Shown one piece after another: positions 25,101-38,778 of a stretch of 64,000 nucleotides of DNA. A model generated the notes under the pieces. The model did not search any database. It had not been told where the DNA came from and worked only from the letters and a program-made list of their open reading frames with translations. Both the position numbers and the translations under genes were made by a program. Location: NCBI GenBank assembly GCA_047495785.1, contig JBLDXI010000045.1, positions 496,001 through 560,000 on the forward strand, given 5' to 3'. The number at the start of each line of letters is the position of its first letter. The stretch's first letter is position 1. Source of the DNA: Lepidodermella squamata (Eukaryota > Animalia > Gastrotricha).

Positions 25101-26810
25101 GTTACTTGTAGTATTTTTAGATATAAAAACCGCCCATAAATTCGAAACTTGACCTTTGACGTTAACGTGCGGTATGCGGATGACTCATAAAAAAACGTCT
25201 AAATCCGAATTTCGAGTGCGATTTTTTCATCATCTCTATGATCAATCTAGCTATTGGTGATCTGCCATCATATCAATGAATAGGGCTAGGTTCCTGTGGC
25301 ATGGATAAATACTTAATTTGAAGGAAGAGGGTAAATCGCCTTTGAAATCAAGATTAAATCATAGGATGAATTTCATGTTCCCATTCTTTGTTTTCCCATT
25401 AATTTTCCGAATTTCTCCGTGAAATTACTGCAGGTAGAATAGAGCTAAGCACCTTAGCTAGCATTGAAATTAATTATGTCTGGGACACGAGATAGCCCCG
25501 ATGCTTATGTCAACAAAATAACTAGTGTGCCGGTGGATGCCGATTGCGATGAAAAAACTTCTGCAACGTGAGTGGATGTTTTGAGGACCGCTGTTAAGTC
25601 TGAAACTCAAATTGCGTCTGTGGTATGCTGCTTATTGGTTATAACGGCTGTATAAAAAGGCGAGCCATTCAGCTCGTCGCAATTGGCGGTTTCGTTGGCA
25701 CACAGCTTAAAAACAGAGCATAAAAACAGAGACGCAAGAACAGTGGGGTATTGCGAAAATGAGTGATTTGCAAAGAAGAGTCAGATTAAGGTAGATCGGC
25801 AGGGCTTAGGTTCATAATAATGCAAAATTCAGAATCTACGACTCAAACTGCCCTAGTGGCCAATAAAACCACTAAATGAGGCGTTTCGGTCAACGCATTT
25901 TGTAAAGGTTTCATCAAATTTTGTCGCTATTAAATGTGCGAATCTTTTGTTTTTGTTTTTTGCTTCTCCTGAAAAATTGCAATTTTAATGTGCGCGCACT
26001 CAATTGTTAATATCTTGAGAACGGTAGCAGATATTCGAAAATGGGTTTCAGATTTGGAATGAGCGCGAAAAACTGCATTAGACCATGCAATTAACTGGAA
26101 TTTGAAAAAAATGTCGTAAGCTACGGTTTTCACTTGTCGCGGCTCATATATATAAAGGACGTAAAAATTACCATTCCATTATCTTTTTGAATTTTCATGA
26201 AGCACCGGTTGAGTGAAAGATTGTGACGGACAGAGTTGCGCCATCCGGAAGGCGCGAATCGGAAGTACGGGAAGTTGTTCAATATCCACGCGTAAATATC
26301 CTTAACTGGCAGCCGTTTCTCCGGCGACTGTTCAATCGCCATGAAAATGAGCGTAGAAAACGAGAACGGCGGTTTTGGCAGGCCGCGACGTCGTGGCACA
26401 GTCGGCGGAGGGGGCGGAAGGGTTGCGACATCACGCAGGGCAGCTTCGACCGCCACCAAATCGAGCGGGGTCGTATTTTGAAGAATATTTTTATCCCGCA
26501 GCCATGACAGCCCGGTCAGTTCTTCGTCGATGTAACAATCGCCCGTATCGAGATAAGGGCGCTGCTGTTGTTGGGCGTGATGTTGGCTGAATCGGCCACC
26601 CCGGCCGCCTGGTTTGACGTCGACAACTTGGCCATTAATGACGAGATTTGCGGCTGAAAGGGTCAGAGGGTTGCCGGACAGGCCTGACAGCGTCAAAGTC
26701 GTATTTGCGATATCATCAAAAGCGCCGGCCAGCGAGCTAGAATCACTCATCGATGAATTATTCGACGCCAAATCGGCTGGAATTCTATTGAAAAATTGAA
26801 ATAAATTCAT
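22175..26810 (-). CDS. FoxN2/3: Forkhead transcription factor, FoxN2/3 class
   Basis: Exons are 26172-26810, 23178-24195 and 22175-22596. The forkhead domain reads [37 protein letters not shown] and continues [15 protein letters not shown]. Also present are [14 protein letters not shown] and long acidic tracts. Confidence 0.9.
24784..26145. mobile_element. Non-autonomous DNA transposon, Sola-like, in FoxN intron 1
   Basis: Perfect 31-bp TIR GAGCCGCGACAAGTGAAAACCGTAGCTTACG, with its inverse ending at 26145. ATAT flanks both sides (24780-24783, 26146-26149). Confidence 0.85.
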
Positions 26811-27112
26811 TGAAAAATCGGGACACAGAACACGTTAAAAATGAACATTAATAACTGCCGATTTTCAAGAAAAATGAGGAAGTTAGAGCATGGATTTTTA
26901 AGGCGGATGTTTAGAAAATAATGTCAAGAAAGCGACGACAATTGCGACTAGTGGTTGCTGCCCTGAATAAAAGCGTTGCACTGCCGACTGCCTTCTACTA
27001 CAGCAGTCTGGATGAGAAACTGACTACTATACACACATATGGCAGCATAACACGGCTGTGTGTTGTGTTATATACGGCGTAAATTGAAGGCAAGCACGCC
27101 GCGTGCGAGTTA

Positions 27113-27460
27113 GTTGCCATGGAAACGAACGGCACGGTCGCCTCACCACTCAACAAATGCGTAGATACACTAATATAAATACTACGTGTTGCCATCGATA
27201 TTTGCAATACGCGCACATAGTACATGGGCTATTATTATCAATCACTAATAATAACAATAACGCTACTTTGCGTATCAGGAGTATACGTTTTAACATTAAG
27301 TCGCCAAATAAGAATGATAAATGGGCGTGTTTTGGTAGTAGGTAGACGTAACGAAATCATAGGCCGTAGCAATATCAGACGTGGCTGGAATGCTTAACAC
27401 GCAGCTGCCACATGCCACTGTGGATTACAGCGCGGAAGCTTGATACGTCGCCATGGCAAC
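27113..27460. promoter_or_regulatory. RFX X-box motifs upstream of FoxN2/3
   Basis: GTTGCCATGGAAAC (27113-27126) and GTCGCCATGGCAAC (27447-27460) match the palindromic X-box consensus. Confidence 0.55.
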
Positions 27461-30275
27461 CAACCCCAATGGCACATGTTTCGCCGTCTTAATTAAAACA
27501 GGAGGCGAGGGCTAAATTAAAACATGCGCTTAAGAATAACATCTGATGACAGATGACGCGGTTAATCTCATGCATTTATTTCGGTATCATAAACGCAATG
27601 TTACAAAATCTCGAAATAATCTCCCAACTTGGCCGAATTTCTTACGATATTTGGCTGTAAATATTTTAAGTAGTTTGCGGAAATAAAATTGCTCGAATGC
27701 TAATTTGAAAATGGCAAGTTTGAGCTAACCTTTTCACGAAAACAAAATTGACCAATTTTTCATTATTTTCAACGTAGCACTCTGTGGTTACGAACACCGC
27801 CTCGTATTCTAAAGCATCAGGGCCAATGTCGGAAATGCGAAATCTTCATTGAAAAAATCGTCAAATAACATTAAGACAACAATTAGACACGACACGGGAC
27901 AACACTGAGGCAAACCTCATGATAGCTATCTGAACAATGTCGCCTAAGCGGCCGAAAGGTGGGACGAAATCGTCGTCATTATTGGTATCGTTGTAGTCGC
28001 TCATGTCTTCCATCGTGGATTCGTCTTCATCCTCGAAGTATTCGAAATTATGGCTGTTTTCTGGCTCCTCGGCCACTAACCAGCAGTACAAGCGCATTAA
28101 AACAAGCCAAGTGCAAAACTCGAAAGCAGTTGAAAAGTAATTAGAAAACGATGGCGAGCAGCGAAAAAATGCGTTTAATTTGCAGGAAAGATGAACTCGG
28201 CACAGGCGAGGCAAAGTCTCAATATTTATATGCAAAACAGAAGTAGCTCGGAGCGAATAAATGTCACACACACTGAGCGACGGAGATGTTTGCCCCTTTT
28301 CCTGTTTACGTTGTCAGTTGCCATGACTACGCGAGATAAGTGAGAGTGATAGCGCGGGATTCACTATGCGCCCGCTGCCTCACCTGTAATCGGATTACGC
28401 TCGCAGTTTGATCAGCGCACATGCGGTGCGCTTCTCAATCGATACCTGCGCTTAATATTATTAGAGCGGCAGATAGGCGGAGGTAAGTTTACATAACGAG
28501 ACGAGGCTTCCTCGACTTTCAGCCTTGCGAAAGAGGGCGAAGGGTGAAGAGCGGAACTGCCTATTAACGAAAATTATTTTCGATCGATGAAACAACCTTT
28601 TCGCGGAGTTTGCGTGAAGTTGAGACTGGACACCCATGTGACTCGCCAATTAGCCACAATAAATACAATTAATACAGACCTAAAAGAAGCAAACAGCAAA
28701 ATGATGAGTTTGAAACGAAAACAACAGTGGTAATAACTTTCAAATAAACAAATTTGAATAAACAAAACAATGTTCAAATAAGCATAGGTATATTTTTCAA
28801 CCAAAGTAGCAATCGAAGCTGTCAAGCGAATAGAAGATGGGCTGTAAAAGTAATAGATAGTAATAGTAAACCAGATCGATAAAAACATACATTGCTATTT
28901 TGTGTCGGTGGCACTGATTTATCTGATGAATTTTGGTTCATGTCTTTGAGACTACAGGAATCGAAAGGCTTCAAAGCGCTAACACCAGAGGCTTTCCTCG
29001 GTTGTTTTCTTTTCTCGCAGTACAAGTCATTAATGTTCCTAGATAGAGCGGTGACTGCCAACCGCAAATCATCAATCTAAAAGCAAATCCCTTCTTACAG
29101 AAGACGTTAATACGTAAAAGGGACAAACTTGTAACATTCTACAACAGTCCTGTTTGATTTCCAAGTTTGAACTTCGACGAACAATATTGTGAATCGATAC
29201 GGAGATAATTTCAGCCAGCTGTTCACTATCCATCTTGGGGCAATTGCTATCTTTCGTAGCCTAATTTTAGCAGTAAGCAAAGGAATTAATCACTGCAAAC
29301 GGAAGTCTTCGAATGCAAAATCCTCACCTTCGTCACAATTCCAGAATAAGATTCCTTAGGTTGATTAGAGCGTTTCATCGTGCCAGGATACCAAAGCAAT
29401 CAAACTTAACAGACAATGCAAGGCATCAGTCCCAAGGAGCTTGATAACCCGATAGGTTGTCGCTTTTTCTGCAATCTAACAATAAATATTGTTTTAGGGA
29501 GAAAAGGAATAGCAAGGATCAATGTAAGGCATTGCTCAGTATTGGTGTTTCCACAGTCGACAACATAAAATACGTAACAAGTACACGTAACCAGACATAA
29601 TTCATGACACTGGATGATGATTCTGAAAGAAATCAACGACAAATCAGCTGTAAATTCCCGTTCCCATTCGCCCAGCATGCATAATATGAACAAGCTGAAC
29701 TGCTGAAATAGCATAGGTCATTTGTTATTCAATACGCAATAGCTTGAAACCAATCTATTGAGTATTGAGCAAAAGAGAAAGCAGCAACCATGGCAGCAAC
29801 AATATATATATACAGGAAGCAATTATCAGTCGCAGGAGTATCTGTAAAGAGTCGATTATACCAAAAGTTTACTTTCAACAAGATATTTCAACAAGACTTG
29901 AACGTGAGCCGAGTTGGCGTTTGACGGTGGCGGGTGGCGTGTGTTCTTCCCTGCCTCCTGCATTTAGACAGTTTTAAATTTACCGCGGGAGTCACCGTCA
30001 CCCAACTTTACAAATGCAAATGAGCAAATTTTCAACACTTTAATTGAAATGTTGTCACCAAGACCAAATTTGAAATCCACGTGCGCGACGATTTATGCAA
30101 GGTCGCCGAAGTCTTTTCAGTCGCGTTTTTGAGGTCAAAGGCCACCGCAAGCCATGATTTGCCAACAGGTGCAAAAGCAGTCTGAGAGTTTAGTTGGCAA
30201 CGTACCAAATCATGTCTTTTGCATTCTCTTGCTATTTGTGGAAATATACTGATTATGTATTGTATCTGATTTAGG

Positions 30276-32623
30276 ATGCTTCTTAATCGGTCTTACGGAG
30301 CATTCGCTAAGATCGGCCAACGACGATTTTTATCTGCCAAAAGTGGATACTACGTTCTGATACCAGAACTTCCCACTGATACTCCGGAGACTAACAGTCT
30401 TCTTAGACTCGATGGGCTTCCTGAATTTGCTAAAATCAAAGAAAATGATGTTGTGACTGGATGCTCGAAACTGGCGCTGGAGTATGACGTTGAGTTTGGC
30501 ACTATAACGGAACGTCTATCGGCGGGGGACTCGAATTTTGGCACAATTTTTGGTGCTGTCGAAGCTCATCTGGCGCCGTTGAGCTGCGCTTTAAGGCTGG
30601 CTGAACATCTTAAAAATGTGGATGAACGTTACCAGGCACCGTTTTGGAGAGTTGCTCGCCAGGTGTTAAAAGCGAAGTCCTCCAGGTGGAGCAACGAAAT
30701 GCTCTATCAGGCTATTCAGAAAAACCTCTCCACCAATCAGCATCTTTCTAGCATTGAAAAGAGACTGTGTGAATATTACGTTCACCAGTGCAAACTTGCT
30801 GGGTTGGATCTACCGGATAAGAAGCGGCGGGTTCTTCTAGCTGCAGAAAATAGCATGGAAAAGGAACAAATTTCATTTCGCGAATGTGCTGTTAGATCTC
30901 AAAATCTCTTTCAGCAAGTAGTGGATAATCCTGCTGTGTTTGGAAAAGCCCCCCGATCGCTGTATTATAAGCTGGCTTTGAATCCTGCGGAGCCTCTGAA
31001 AGGTCCTTGGAGAGTGACAATTCAGCCTGACGTTTATTTTGACCTGTTACGTTATACTCAGGATGCTCAATTGCGATGGAGCATTTGGCATGCATACGTT
31101 AATCGAGCTTCAACAAAGCACACGACTGAATATTTGTCGAATCACAAAAGAATCCAAGCTATTCGTAACCATGCGCTGGACAGAGCTCGTGTTCTTGGCT
31201 TCAAATGTGCTGCCGATTTGGATTTGCAACGAACGATGGCAGGCTCTGTCAAAACTGTGAGGAATGCTCTCGAAAAAGCGAACGATCGGATTCGGCCTCT
31301 AGCTGCAGAAGAAATGAAACAACTCAATGGATTTGCCTCTTCTAATGGCAAACAACTGCAACCTTGGGATATTCCATACTGGCGTCAGCAGTGGCACGAC
31401 AAGCTATTCAGTCAAACATTTGAAAACGAGGACAATTTAATACCATTGGAGACAACTCTTTCAGGAGTCTTCAATTTAATTGATTCATTATTCGGCGTCA
31501 AATTTGAGCGTTTACCTCCCCATGCAGCCCAACCCTGGCATCCAAGCGTAAATGTTTATCGGGCTGTCGATTCTGACTCGGGTCGCAAGGTTTTGGGTAG
31601 GTTTCGTTAGGATTTAAAATATTAATTAACTGTAAATTTGATTCTTGAACAGGTTACGTATATTTTGATTTGTTTGCGCGGCCTGAGACTGGCAAATGCG
31701 CTGGCAGCTGGTAGGTTTTGAATTATTTTGGTTGTTCCGCATAATACTTGATTTGCATTCAGGACTTCTCTTGGACGAGAGCCAAGTGCTCTGCTTGGAT
31801 GCAGTCCTTTGTCATTTGTTGTCATGAATCTTCCGAAACCCCTCGCTGGTCAACCCGCATTCATTTCCGCCTCTAATCTCTTCGAACTGGTCCGACTAAT
31901 TGGCTCATCACTCCCTCATTTGCTATGCCACAACCAATTTTCGGAGCTGTCTGCGGGTCTGCTTGTTGAACAAGACTTTGCCCCAGTTGCCGGAAATCTG
32001 CTCCGATTCATCGTCTCCGATCATCCAGAGGTGCTGCGAAGCGTTTGCCCAACCTTGTCAGACACCCAACTGAAGGCTGTCACAAGCTCAACCTACCACA
32101 TGTTTTCTTACGACTCGGCCTATCAGCTCTTCATGTCAGCTTTCGATCTCGACCTTCATGCCGGCGATGACCATCATTGGGCCGAAATCAGGAAAGAAGG
32201 TTGGAAAAAGTATCTAACCGACGTCATCCCTCTTCACGAACGGGTTAGTTTAATCATCAACATGAATAATTGAATTTTTAAATGTTTATTGACCCAATTT
32301 AGGATGATCATTCACCTTGTGGCATGGCTCAAATTTTCTGTGCGCCCCAGTTCGGTCTCTATTATTCTCTTAAATGGTCAGAATTCGTCGCGCGAGATCT
32401 AGTTACTTCGTTCTCGCTGAACGAGCCGAAAGGCAATGAACCAGCTTGGGCCTCAGCGTCTGCTAAGGAAACCGGGCGAAGACTCCGTCGCTCAATATTC
32501 GAACCTGGTTGCTTGCTAACAGCGAACGATGCGTTCAGGCGAGCTCGCGGGCGCGATTTTTCAATCGATTCAGCCATGGATCAACTGACTGGTGTTTTGA
32601 AAAGCACAAATATGGGTGCCTGA
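30276..32623 (+). CDS. M3A oligopeptidase A homolog, probably mitochondrial and catalytically inactive
   Basis: An Arg-rich presequence-like N-terminus is followed by LPEFAKI, GPWRVT, LQPWDIPYW, PWHPSV, YFDLFARP, YYSLKWSE and FRRARGRD motifs. Four exons. The HExxH position reads RLIGS. Confidence 0.82.
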
Positions 32624-33370
32624 ATTTCCGAGTCCTCTTGTTGCGGCTGGTTTTGCCTATTCAAGGCAATCGCTTTTTGTATAGCAGTCCACTGTAATTC
32701 GCAAACCCATTTCGGGCGTAGAGAAGCTACCTATTTTGATTATTAATTAATTGATCGAGCTGTTTATGCAGATATCTGTGTTAAGAGCTTTAGTTTTCCC
32801 TGTTGTTATGCAGTAATTGTCAAAATTGCTAACGATGCGCCTTATTTGTGTGTTGGCTGAAAGCCCTTTAAAAATTTCACGCCCCTGATGCTGCACAATT
32901 TTGTTTTACCGTGGAAGACATTAACAACGCGATTGAAAACAATAAAAATTGTTTGAGACTAGTGGTTTTGGGAAAGGAAAGGCGCAAAAGTGGAACAGGA
33001 CATCAAAAAAAATACGACGCTGACTTGAATGAGATTTGACGGAAAAAGAGCAGGGAACTTGTAATATTAAAATTCTTCAATTTTGGGGAAGTTTGGCATA
33101 CTTGTCGCGTAATGAATGATGTTATGAACGAAAAAACGTCACCCACTTCAGTGAAGAGTCTCACGTGGCTGGAGACGCTAATAGTATGACTTCTTTCAAT
33201 TGAACATGCAGGTGTTATTAGGTGCACGTTTTCGACAATAGAGGAGGAATTAAATGTAAATCTACTTCGTCTAACAAGCAACAGCAAAACATCATTAAAA
33301 ACTCTAATAGACTCAACAAATAAAAAATAGAAAACAGAGTAGTTTCGTTGAAGCACTGTTTATTCCAGCA

Positions 33371-35426
33371 ATGTCACGAGCCGTGGCAGTTCTTTTACTG
33401 ATTGCCACCGCTTTGTTCAATCAACAGGTTGTGAATGCTTGTTCATACTCTGACAAAGCTGTCATCAAAATAAAACCTTCCGTCTCTGACACAATCAGCG
33501 CTCCACCGAGCTCGCCAACTGCTGCGAAAAATATCACGGCGGCAGGAAATTCAGCCAATGGAACGCAAGGACCGTGTGGTACTCTTGGCAGTGATCTCAC
33601 ACTGAGTGAGCTTCTTAAAGGTCCCATAGCTGTCAACCCATGGTAAGGCTATACGCCAGGAAACAACTGACATAACTTTCTTGAACTTCTCAGGACAGCG
33701 TTTATTTACATCAGAGATGCAGCACAAGCCTCGTGTGTTGGTTTAATTTTAGCCCCAGATAGAATTTTGGCCAGAAGTAATCTATGCATTTTGGACGGAG
33801 CGGACCCTGCCACGTTAACAGTTAAAGCTGGAACTTCCTCGTCAAAAGGTGCTGGCACCGACCCATCATTAAGTTCATCATCGGCCGTCTCACAGATCCA
33901 GAAATACAAAAACGGAGACGCAATTGCAATTCCAAGCGCAGACGTTGTAGTATTGCAGCTTTCAAGTAAAATCTGAAGCTTTACGAATCGAAGTTGATAA
34001 GGAATTGTCATTTGCAGCCCCTTTTGAGTTTTCTTCAGCGACAGGGATCCAACCAGTATGCTTGCCTCCTCCAGAAGCCTGCTCAAGTACCAGCAACCCA
34101 TTCCCATCTACAGGTACGTTTTGGTTTTGGTTGTAGCAGTTAGATGCTTAAAATATTACTGCTTCAGGTACGGCGTATATTGGTGGGTGGATGGCGGATT
34201 CAGAGGCCGAGGCAGGTGGTAATTGGGTCCAAAAGGCAACTGCTGTCTCGGCGACCGCTGATAAATGCACGTTTACTACAAGTGAAAATACTCAAGTTAA
34301 CGGCAGAACATCTGGCCTAACCTATGCGAAGCCGATGCAAACTGCCGATGGCAAAAGCGTCAATCAGTTTACCGTAGGTTTGCTGCCAAATACGGCTGAT
34401 GGCAAGGAGTTCACGTCGATTTGCTGTGTGATGAGCTTCATAGCAGCAAACGTCCCTCCCCCTCCCCGGCAACCTCCGATCAATGGCACTGGAACACCAC
34501 AACAGCAGCCTCCTTCAGACTCAAACAATCAGCAACCGCCACCGACCGATAGGTCTCCTTCTTGCGGAGTTATCCCTCCTGACTTTGCGCTGAAACCAAA
34601 CCCAGGAGACTACACGAAGAGTACCAAAATCGCCCTAAACCCATGGTTTGTCTCCAATCAATTGATCTTTAGGGTTTAGACTACTTTGAGCTATATTTAG
34701 GACTGCTTTTTTGTACAAAGCATCAGACAATGCAGCTTGCGTTGGCGTAGTCTTGGCCCCGGAATGGGTTATCACTAGCGCCAGCTGCGTCGGCTCTGAT
34801 GCTTCTGCCATCAAAGTTAAGATCGGTCAAAGTGCCACTGCACCAGTTAACCCGGGCGCTTTGGCGGATCCAGCAACTACAAATGTCAGTAACGTCGCTC
34901 AAATTCTGAAATTTGCCGGTATCAACGCACCAAAAGCCGACATCGCTTTGGTTAAGCTCACTGGTAAGTGATTTTTCCTATGTTCATAGTCAATGCTCAT
35001 AATTTTTGCGAAATAGCACCATTCCAATTCTCACAAGTCTCTGGAGTTGCGCCAATATGCCTTCCACCCCCAGATGCCTGCACACCAGCAGCTATTTATC
35101 CTAGTTCAGGAACTGCCTACGTCGGTGGTTGGATGGCAGACGCATCGTCAGCATTCGGCGGTTATTGGGTCCAGGAATCTGTCGCTATTGCGGGTACATC
35201 AGACAAATGCACTTTCACGGCAACGCCCAATGCTGTGGTAAGCAGCCGAACTTCGGCTTTGGCCCTGGCCAAGCCACAACAAACTCCGGACGGAAAGAAC
35301 GCGAACCAGCTGACTGCAGCCCTGTTTCCCAACTCCAGTGAAGGCAAAGAATTCACTTCGTTTTGCTGTATTGCAGATTTTATCAAGCAGAATATTCCCT
35401 CTCCGCCGTCACCACCTGGAAAGTGA
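33371..35426 (+). CDS. Secreted protein with two degenerate, non-catalytic trypsin-fold domains
   Basis: A signal peptide precedes two repeats of NPW.A....C.G..LAP....(T.ASC)...D...L.L...P.CLPP...GGW...EFTS.CC...FI. Multi-exon. Confidence 0.7.
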
Positions 35427-36192
35427 CACTACGGCGGTTAAAACTGATTTTTTTGAGCGCATGATACTATCATATTTTCGAAAAGAATGGCAACTATTAT
35501 CCTTATTTTTGAAAAATGGGCTAAAAGCGCGCCCTTTTTCGAAAAAATACGGTAATTGCAACGCTCTTTGGCAAAAGATCTATCGACGCAAATAAAGTGG
35601 ACATCGCAATCGCAACTTCATTTACAGATTAAACATTGGATTTTAGCTTCGGGAAAGATTCCTGACAAGTTGACGGAAAAAAGCGTAGGCACAAGAAACA
35701 AAACAGGAAACCTATTATTCTAACAATTAGATGAGTAAATGGAGAGTTGGATATTCTGGCATTTATCTCTGATAATAATTTAATTTTATGAACTCGATTT
35801 CAAAAGGTTTTTTTCGTTGTTGATATTGTTTTTTTCATGTACATTCATGTCAAGGCGGCAAGCTTAGGAGGTCGTGCACGGTTTTTTCTAACAGCTTTGT
35901 TATTTCTAATGTGGGTGTACGTAATTGAAAACTTAAAGCGGACGCGTTGGTTTCATATTTCACTGTGAAACAAGTCCTCCATATCCATAGCGGAAAGCAA
36001 ACATTTCTATGTAAACGATCATTGAACAAAATGCGCAGAAAAAAATGTGCCAAGCTGTCTGAAAAGTAGTTGTTGCTGTTAAATTGAAAGCTCACACCTT
36101 CGACGCCTATATATAGGGTAGCATTTTTATGCCATTATAGAATCTTGGAACTTATTTGAAAACTCTACCTTGTTGAAAAAACGCATAAAAAA

Positions 36193-37265
36193 ATGTTCGA
36201 AAAATCTCAAGCTACAACCTTGCTCATTTGTCTCGTTGGTAACCTTCATCTGGCGCATGCCTGCACCTCGGCGATTTCAAGCAGCACCAGCGACACCGGC
36301 AGCAATCGTATTCAGAGCAGCTCTAACGGAACAATTTCATCATCACCTGATGGTCAACGTCCATCTGGCGGCCCGGGCGGCCAAGGTGGGCCTGGGGGAC
36401 AAGGAGGACAACCGGGTGCTCAAGGAGGCTCAGGTGGTCCTGGAGGCAAGGGTGGTCCACCCCCATGTGGAGCATTGCCGCCAGATTATACTCTCCCCGC
36501 TAGCGGAGCGTCTATTACGAGCAACAATGTGACCCTGAATCCATGGGCAGCTTACATCTACGTCAGCGGAGCTACTACAGCTTCTTGCCTCGGTGTTATA
36601 ATCTCGCCTGACTACGTCATCACAAGGGCAAGCTGCATTGGATCCGCAGCGGCTTCAGCTGTAACTGTGAAAGCCGGTTCCAGCTTCACCGCACCCGCTT
36701 CTAGCCCAGGAGCTTTGACCGACCCTGTCACAACAGCTTCAGTCGTTGTCTCCGCCATCACAAAGTACTCAAACGCAACCTATCCCAAAGTTGACGTAGC
36801 ACTCCTTAAATTGACCAGTAAGCACGCAATTTTTTAAGGAAAGGTTATATATTTCCCAATGTGCTTTTTGCAGCCTCTCTCAATGGCTCCGCGACCCCTG
36901 GCATCATGCCAATCTGCCTTCCTCCCCCAGATGCTTGCACAACGTCCGTTACAGCCGGAGTAGTGTATTTGGGCGGCTGGACAAAGAGCGCCACCGCTTC
37001 TTTTGGCGGCAACTGGGTGAAAAGCGCCGTCACAGCTACCGCTAGTGATTCGTGCACATTCACCGTCTCCCCTGACGCCAAGATCAGCGACCGAACCAAC
37101 GCCTTGGAGTTTGCCAAGGCTGTGACGACCCCAGACAACAAATCAGCTAACATGATGACTTTGGCCTTGTTGCCAAACAGCGATACAGGAAAGGAGTTCA
37201 CGTCATTCTGCTGCATTGGCGATTTCATCAAGGCTAATGTCCCCCCACCACCGCGTCCTCAATAA
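36193..37265 (+). CDS. Paralogous secreted single-domain trypsin-fold pseudo-protease with Gly/Pro/Gln linker
   Basis: Signal peptide, GPGGQG repeats, then NPWAAYIY, CLGVIISPDYVITRASC, DVALLKL, PICLPP and EFTSFCCIGDFIK. One intron at ~36818-36873. Confidence 0.72.
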
Positions 37266-37564
37266 GGTTATGAACCTGAGAAAATCACAATTGGACTTTT
37301 GAATCCATTGACTTTTGATACTTTTGAGCTTATTGCAAATTTTTGGAAATTTTGGTAGCTTTTCAAAGCTTTCCCGATGCGGGTGCATCCAATAAACCGA
37401 TATGATTGGTTTTAAAAATCTCACAACTGAAAGAGCGTTGGAGGTCTTATAGACACCGGGTTCAGGAGTAACCTAGTATAATATTATGATTATAGCATGA
37501 TCAACACAATAACTATTAATGACAATTTATTAAATATTTTCTAGTTAACGGATATGTTGCCAAT

Positions 37565-37975
37565 TTAACGAAAAATTGCAATTGTGACCGAATATATCAG
37601 AGCAAGAGAAATGCCTGGAAATCGTAGCAGTGAATTCGAATTGTTTTGCTGGTGACCTTTAATGTGGACAACAGATTTACTCCTATCAGTTTTCAGGCCA
37701 TCAGCGAGAGGTACAATGATAATGATCTTGTATCGTCGCCTGGAAGTTTTCTCAGGACGGATTTTGATTTTCGAACTTCGGCTGGTCGAAAATTTTCCAT
37801 CGCGCTGTTGCTTGCCGATACTCGAAGTCGCGTTTGGCATGACTGTGATGCCGACAATTTTAGCTAGGTCGTCGCCTTTCTGTACTATCTCGATTTCGAA
37901 GTTTTGTTTAGCAGTAATTATAGCGAGAAAACCGAAGCAAATCAAAAGCCACTTTATATTTGTTTTATAGCCCAT
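37565..37975 (-). CDS. Small secreted, possibly GPI-anchored protein
   Basis: 136-aa ATG ORF with an N-terminal signal-like segment and a hydrophobic C-terminal tail. No recognised domain. Confidence 0.45.
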   Translation of the reverse strand: MGYKTNIKWLLICFGFLAIITAKQNFEIEIVQKGDDLAKIVGITVMPNATSSIGKQQRDGKFSTSRSSKIKIRPEKTSRRRYKIIIIVPLADGLKTDRSKSVVHIKGHQQNNSNSLLRFPGISLALIYSVTIAIFR

Positions 37976-38778
37976 TCGATAAGGTGTAAATACAGGTAAT
38001 TCAGCCTTTTAGCTAGTTAAATGGATGTGGGCTGTGGGCTATAGGCCAATAACTTGTCAATCATTTCAATAAGGTGTTCGATTGCAGTACTCATTTTACG
38101 CCGCTGAATTGTATTCTCTACCTCACATGGGAATTCCTTTTCCGCTCTTTTTCTTCAGGGTGAGAAAAATGCTGGGATCAGTGCATGTTGAATAATTCTT
38201 ATATATATACGATTAATTTTGATAAATAATAAATCATCAACAACGTATAGCAGCTAATAAACAGAATGAGTAGGATGAAGAGAACGCGATAATGAATTGA
38301 GCACAACTGCATAAAAAAACATCAAGCTAGAATACTCCAGCTGAATAAATAACTATTTAGTGACTTTCTACGCTGGATCTTTGGCTTAATTGCAGAAAAA
38401 CATGGCGAGAATTATAGTGGCACAAAATCCTATACATATAATTTAATTCCGGAATCGTACACACTTTCAAATCCGATTTTCCAGGTTTTCTTTTGTAGAA
38501 TTATCACCCGTTATCAACTACTATACACTCTACTGGCACCGGCTCGGCACATATATACTACTACGTTCACTGCTGACCCGTTGTACGCTTATACTGCGAT
38601 AAGAAGATGATGCATAGCATGCCTACTGCTACGTGCCTCTATAGAGAAACAGCGTAATCGGCATTGTTGTAAGTTTTTTGGGCGACACAACAGCTAACTT
38701 CAAGACTCATAGCTGCACCTCTTGTAACAATTGCCCTGGGAGTTTCAACTCGGGCGATTCTGTTATTTCATTATCGAG

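Noticed and set aside
27861-29977. Short ORFs in the FoxN-peptidase intergenic region
   Set aside because: No domains or consistent splice pattern. More likely regulatory or UTR sequence.
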